DNA from: Williopsis jadinii
Taxonomy: Eukaryota
NCBI GenBank assembly: GCA_024346625.1
Contig: AP024664.1
Location: 248,001-312,000, forward strand
Length of the DNA: 64,000 bases
Direction of reading: 5' to 3'
Every line of letters starts with the position of its first letter. Positions within the stretch are counted from its first letter, which is position 1. Below, piece after piece: positions 62,942 to 64,000 of the stretch. The notes under the pieces are model-generated. The model saw nothing but the letters and a program-made list of their open reading frames with translations. It did no database searches and was not told the origin of the DNA. Both the position numbers and the translations under genes were made by a program.

Positions 62942-64000
62942 ATGTCACGTATTGCTTCTAGTCTTTATGAAGAACATTTCCAGGACCTTGATCCTCAGAA
63001 TGAAGGGGCCCTTGAACCATCCTTGAACGTGATCAAGTTTAAGAACAATCTTGTAACACCGGTGACGGGGAACCACAGGACTCCTGACGAATGGCGTAAC
63101 ATCTTTGCAAAAGGCGCCTTCTTCGAGGGGAATGACGTTAAGCTGGGGTATTTGCTCGCATTGGTGTACGAGGACCCTGAGGCCTCTAAGATCAGCACTG
63201 TTTTGTTTACATCGCTTGGTGAGCTATGTATGAACTCTTTGACTCTGGACACCAGATCGAGGTTCTACGTCGCATGTGAGAACTTAACCAAGGACTATAA
63301 AGAATCGAACGTTAGAAGGGCTCTGGCAATCTCGCTGCTGAGAGCGTATTCCGTATATGGCCATGTTGATCTATCGTCAATTAAAACCAACAGCCCAGCT
63401 GTAAGCCAACGCGACTGGGATGAGACGATGGCAGGTGAGGTCGCATCAAATATGACACTGGTGTCATCAAAGACACCTTTGGAACTCGGCGAGGAGTTGC
63501 TATCATCTGGTTTCTTACAACCACATTTCATCGACTCAACGCGACTTGATGTGGTCTACCAGAATTCACCCGAAGTCATAGAGTCTAATAACAAAATGGT
63601 CTTTCTGTTAGGGAAACAACTCGAACAGTTGTTTGATCCTCTGACGGAGTATTCTCCTGAATTGACCAGATCAGTGTATACTCCTCCAGATCTTGCACCA
63701 AGAGAGGATACAGATCTCGTAAAGAGCATATGCCATGAATTGTTTGATTTTCAAGAGAACATAACGACAGAACTCGTTCAGTTTTTGAAAGAAGTTGTCA
63801 TCCCAATGAGAATCAAAGTGCTGAATGGTGATATAGCGGGTGTTTCAGCAGCAAAGCTTAATCAAGTTTTCCCTCCTACGCTAGATGAAGTCACAAGGGT
63901 AAATTGTATGTTCTTAGAGACTTTGAAGGTTGCTATACCTTACGGAAGCTTTGAAACGCTGAAAGCATGTGCGATAACTATCCCTTACTTCTACAAAGCA
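62942..64000 (+). CDS. BUD3: Bud site selection protein Bud3, 5' part (runs off window; absent from the ORF track)
   Basis: ATG at 62942: MSRIASSLYEEHF...SRFYVACENL...ESNVRRALAISLL...WDETMAG...LFDPLTEYSPE...NQVFPPTLDEVTRVNC; no stop seen in the parts read. Confidence 0.88.
   Translation, partial: MSRIASSLYEEHFQDLDPQNEGALEPSLNVIKFKNNLVTPVTGNHRTPDEWRNIFAKGAFFEGNDVKLGYLLALVYEDPEASKISTVLFTSLGELCMNSLTLDTRSRFYVACENLTKDYKESNVRRALAISLLRAYSVYGHVDLSSIKTNSPAVSQRDWDETMAGEVASNMTLVSSKTPLELGEELLSSGFLQPHFIDSTRLDVVYQNSPEVIESNNKMVFLLGKQLEQLFDPLTEYSPELTRSVYTPPDLAPREDTDLVKSICHELFDFQENITTELVQFLKEVVIPMRIKVLNGDIAGVSAAKLNQVFPPTLDEVTRVNCMFLETLKVAIPYGSFETLKACAITIPYFYKA

Overview
This is gene-dense nuclear DNA from a budding yeast (Saccharomycotina). 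It uses the standard code: CTG sits at conserved Leu positions, e.g. APL5 RLRPFG. Spliceosomal introns with GTAAGT/GTATGT/GTGAGT donors and TACTAAC-like branch points, plus retained eIF3d and a Delta8-sphingolipid desaturase, point to a pre-WGD, non-CUG-Ser lineage; Cyberlindnera/Wickerhamomyces-like is my inference. About 35 protein genes are present, including eIF3d (3' end), two JEN carboxylate transporters, OST1, COX16, PHO8, RPL7, DSC2, PEX8, KRI1, RPS19, PAC10, RPL18, a GIP1-like gene, ALR1, a YPL199C-like Smr gene, MPS2/CSM4, DLD1, EMW1, SLD1, SRP102, DBP3, a beta-lactamase-family hydrolase, SSY5, GPD, OXR1, KXD1, APL5, DCC1 and BUD3 (5' part). Seven genes need introns the ORF track misses, and RPL7 intron 2 hosts an snR39/snR59-type C/D snoRNA. 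Most notable: (1) a tandem trio of Cys-rich GPI cell-surface genes, all frame-disrupted in this sequence, two with long X-Ala/X-Pro dipeptide pro-regions; (2) 8-bp-periodic telomere/Rap1-like arrays in promoters; (3) ribosomal-protein promoters combining Tbf1, Cbf1 and Rap1 sites; (4) a highly divergent cyclin-like orphan; (5) a 17-bp tandem array upstream of the hydrolase; (6) a TATA-dense 450-bp non-coding island. No tRNA, rRNA, CRISPR array or intact transposon was seen. All gene names come from recalled homology and motifs, not database searches.
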